This document shows, piece after piece, positions 61,049-64,000 of a stretch of DNA of 64,000 nt; the stretch's first letter is position 1; every line of letters begins with the position of its first letter. Origin of the DNA: Azolla caroliniana (taxonomy: Eukaryota > Plantae > Polypodiophyta); NCBI GenBank assembly GCA_043228905.1, contig JBHGNT010000017.1, positions 16,430,001 to 16,494,000 on the forward strand, given 5' to 3'. The position numbers were made by a program, and so were the translations under genes. The notes under the pieces were generated by a model that had not been told where the DNA came from, made no database searches, and saw nothing but the letters and a program-made list of their open reading frames with translations.

Positions 61049-64000
61049 TGGTAAAGGAGGATTATATTATACAAATTATTGAATTCAGTTATTCGTCTCT
61101 GTGATTCTGGCTTAGCCAGTTGAAGGAATAACAAGACTTTTGTGCCTGTTATTGGGTTTGTCACAAATTCATGACTCATTAATAATGATAACTAGTATTC
61201 TAAATTGTCTTCAGAATCCAAGAGCCAACGGTTGTAGGATCGTGACAAACCATTACCTTTCGGTGGGAAGGATCGGAGAAGGCCAACTACTCAGATTCCG
61301 GGAGTACCCCCTTATGCGGGCCACTACCATACACATATTCGAACGGAGGAAGAGGGCGCGGCCGAGCAAGAGGCTGATTCGGCCAAGGACGAGGCGGACG
61401 AGGCCCGACTTACGAAAACAACTTGCAACTTTGGCAATAAGATGGAAGCCATCGAGGAACCTTCGGAAGAATGGGGAGCTTCCATTCCGGTCTGAGCCAA
61501 CAAACCTTGATTGAATGCGGACATTGCGGCAAAATTTGACCACCACGAAGAAGAGTGCCGAAAGAAGAAGTGTGAGTCAGCTTCCATAAGCTGACAACTC
61601 ACCAATTACGCCACCAACTCTAACTATGACGATCGTGGCAGAATGTTCGTGATGAGACATAGAGAGAATTCTATGTCAGCCTCTACTTCTACTAGTGCCT
61701 CCGGTCCAGAAGATGTATGGTTCATCGCCTCCGGTGCCTCAAACCATATGACGTCTCATCAAGAATGGTTTTGAAAACTTCGAGAGCTGGACCGACCCGG
61801 CTATGTCGAAATTGGAGATGACACTACTCATCCGATTCGCACATTGGCAATGTTCCATTCGAAAAAGAAGGTCGCCAAACGTATATTAAGAATGTCTTGC
61901 ATGTACCAACCATTACGAAGAATTTGGTCTCCTTCGGCCAAATTGTTGAGCAAAGGATGCAAGTTCAATTTAATCAAGGTGGTTGTTTGCAAAAGGCACC
62001 AATGCCAACACCGACATAGAGTTGTGGCACAAGCAGATTGCCCACATCAACCTCCAAAAACTCAAAGCAATGCAATCGAAAGGAGCCGTCATCAGACTCC
62101 TGACCTTCAAAGATAAAGAGATTGAAGGCATATGTGTAGCCTGTCAATTCAGCAAGCAACATTGGCACCTGTTTCCGAAGGAGAGGAACGTGAGTAAAGG
62201 CATATTGGATGTAATTCATTACAATGTATGGGGACCGGCTCAGATGACTACATTCGACGGATGTCGATACTACATGGCCTTCATCGACGACTTCTCCAGG
62301 CATACCTAGATCTACCCCATGCGGCAGAAGAGTGAAGTGTTCGGACACCTCCAAAAATTCAAGAGTGGAGTCAAAAAGGAAACATGTCAACATGTACGAT
62401 GTCTCTCGGTTGGATGGAGGAAAAGAGTACTTCTCCGACGAATTTTCGGCTTTTCTTCGGAAAGAAGGCATTCGGCGAGAGTTTTCGTGTCAACATATGC
62501 CACAACAGAACGGAATAGCCGAACGAAAGAATCGGCACATCCTCGAAGTAGCACGGGCCATGCTTAACTAGAAGCACATGCCGAAGCCGTACTAGGCAGA
62601 AGACACCAACACAACCGTCTACCTAATGAACCGGTGTACAACATCCGACAGGCATGAGGTTACCCCACACGAGAAGTTTTTCGAAAAGAAGCCGAATCTA
62701 TCACATGTTCGGATATTTGACTCCATTGCATACATGCACCTCCTTGACGAGAAGCGACAAAAGCTCGACCCGAAATCAGAGAAATCTATCCTCGTAGGAT
62801 ACTCACTAGAGCAAAAGGGGTACAAGTGCTATAACCCCTCGACTCAGAAGGTTCGTGTGAGTTGAGATGTAGTCTTCGACGAATCGGCATCATGGTACGA
62901 ACCCGAGCTTACTCCTCCCAAATCATTTCTAATCGACCCGGAATCCGTCGAACATGAGATAGAAGTTAGAGATCGACTCGAACACATGTTTGAAGAAAGT
63001 TCGATTACGACAAGGCTTAGTGGGCTACAAGAGCCCCCGAGCGACCAAAGCACATCTCGGCCTAGTCCTAAGATGGCCAAAGGCAAGGTGAAAATGTCGG
63101 AGTATGAAGACGATCAATTCGACGGCAATGAATCAACTCAGTCCCTCAATAGTGAGTTCGGTGGCTTCGATGTACCTATCATGAGGACACTTGGCGTAAA
63201 GAAAGCCATTGCCACAGCAAACGAAAAACTCTGACACTCCACCCATGAGAAGAATCTTGTTAGTCGATTCGGCTACAACGATTATATGGCATACCACTAT
63301 GCTTTTCTAATGAAGGTGGCGACAGTTCTAGAACCAGAAAGTTTTTCAGAAGCAACCACGATGGGTCGAAGCAATGAACGAGGAGATGTAGGCATTATGC
63401 AAGAACGAGACATGGGATCTCGTTCCCCACTCATCGCACAAGAAGGCAATCGGCTACATATGGATTTACAAGGTGAAGTATAATGCCAATGGCTCGGTCA
63501 ACCGCTACAAAGCTCAACTCGTAGCGAAAGGATATGCACAAACACATGGAGTTGACTATGAAGAGACCTTTGCCCCGGTGGCAAAGATGACGACTATGCA
63601 GGCCGTAATTGCATTTGCAGCGGCAAAAGGGTGGCACCTCCATCAAATGGATGTAAAGAATGCCTTTCTTCAAGGCGAATCAGAGGAGGAGGTGTATATG
63701 GTACGACCACTAGGCTTCAAATCAAGCATCCATCCGAAAGCAAATTGCTGACTGAAGAAGCCACTCTACGGCCTTAAGCAAGCAACAAGTGCTTGGCACT
63801 CGAAGATAACATAGCATCTTCATCGAATCGGCTTTAGAATGTCGAAATCCGATAACTCCCTCTTAGTATGTACGAAACGACTCTAGAAATCCGATTGTCA
63901 TCATCCTATACGTGGATGATTTGGTCATTGGAGGAGAAAGTCTAGTCGACATCAAGAAGGTCAAGTCCCTCCTCTCTAGCAAATTTGAGATGACAGACAT

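Larger units (their letters stand above)
59357..64000 (+). mobile_element. Ty1/Copia element, decayed and running off the window: 5' LTR ~59357-59810, PBS 59811-59821, gag-PR-IN-RT
   Basis: LTR ends ATTCTTTACA and starts TGTTGAGAAT at 59357 (alternative TGTAAA at 59388); PBS TGGTATCAGAG; gag EAWENLKKIF...KLQLRQEL; WFIASGASNHMT; LWHKQIAHIN; PQQNGIAERKNR; GYAQTHGVDYEETFAPV; HQMDVKNAFL; LYVDDL. Confidence 0.93.

Noticed and set aside
60842-61054. Functional nuclear ATP synthase alpha gene
   Set aside because: A 69-codon internal fragment inside a retrotransposon, with no ATG or transit peptide.

Overview
Eukaryotic nuclear DNA from a land plant, most likely a fern or other seed-free plant. This is inferred from a plastid-derived insert whose codons look like unedited C-to-U and U-to-C editing sites, from RTE-X-type LINEs and from a Tcn1-like gypsy gag. 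A gene island at about 15.7-41.8 kb holds four apparently intact genes: an intronless WNK kinase (-), a two-exon AN1-AN1 stress-associated protein (SAP12-like, -), a 13-exon FAD/NAD(P) oxidoreductase (PDE327/At4g30720-like, +, head-to-head with SAP12, one GC-AG intron) and mitochondrial inner-membrane peptidase IMP2 (+). Both flanks are nested, decayed transposons: Copia, Gypsy, L1 fragments, tRNA-derived SINE-like pieces, MITEs, a tandem pair of RTE-X-like LINEs inside a (CT)n microsatellite, and a Copia carrying a mosaic plastid insertion (rpl32 + atpA). Best leads: (i) the RTE-X family, with ORF1 and ORF2 in frame across a single conserved UGA-CGG (possible readthrough), apparent (CT)n targeting and a tandem chimeric arrangement; (ii) the intronless WNK with an atypical activation loop; (iii) a conserved 3'-terminal motif shared by divergent L1 copies; (iv) a mosaic unedited NUPT used as filler; (v) a structured bidirectional promoter. 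All calls come from reading the sequence by eye; no searches were run.
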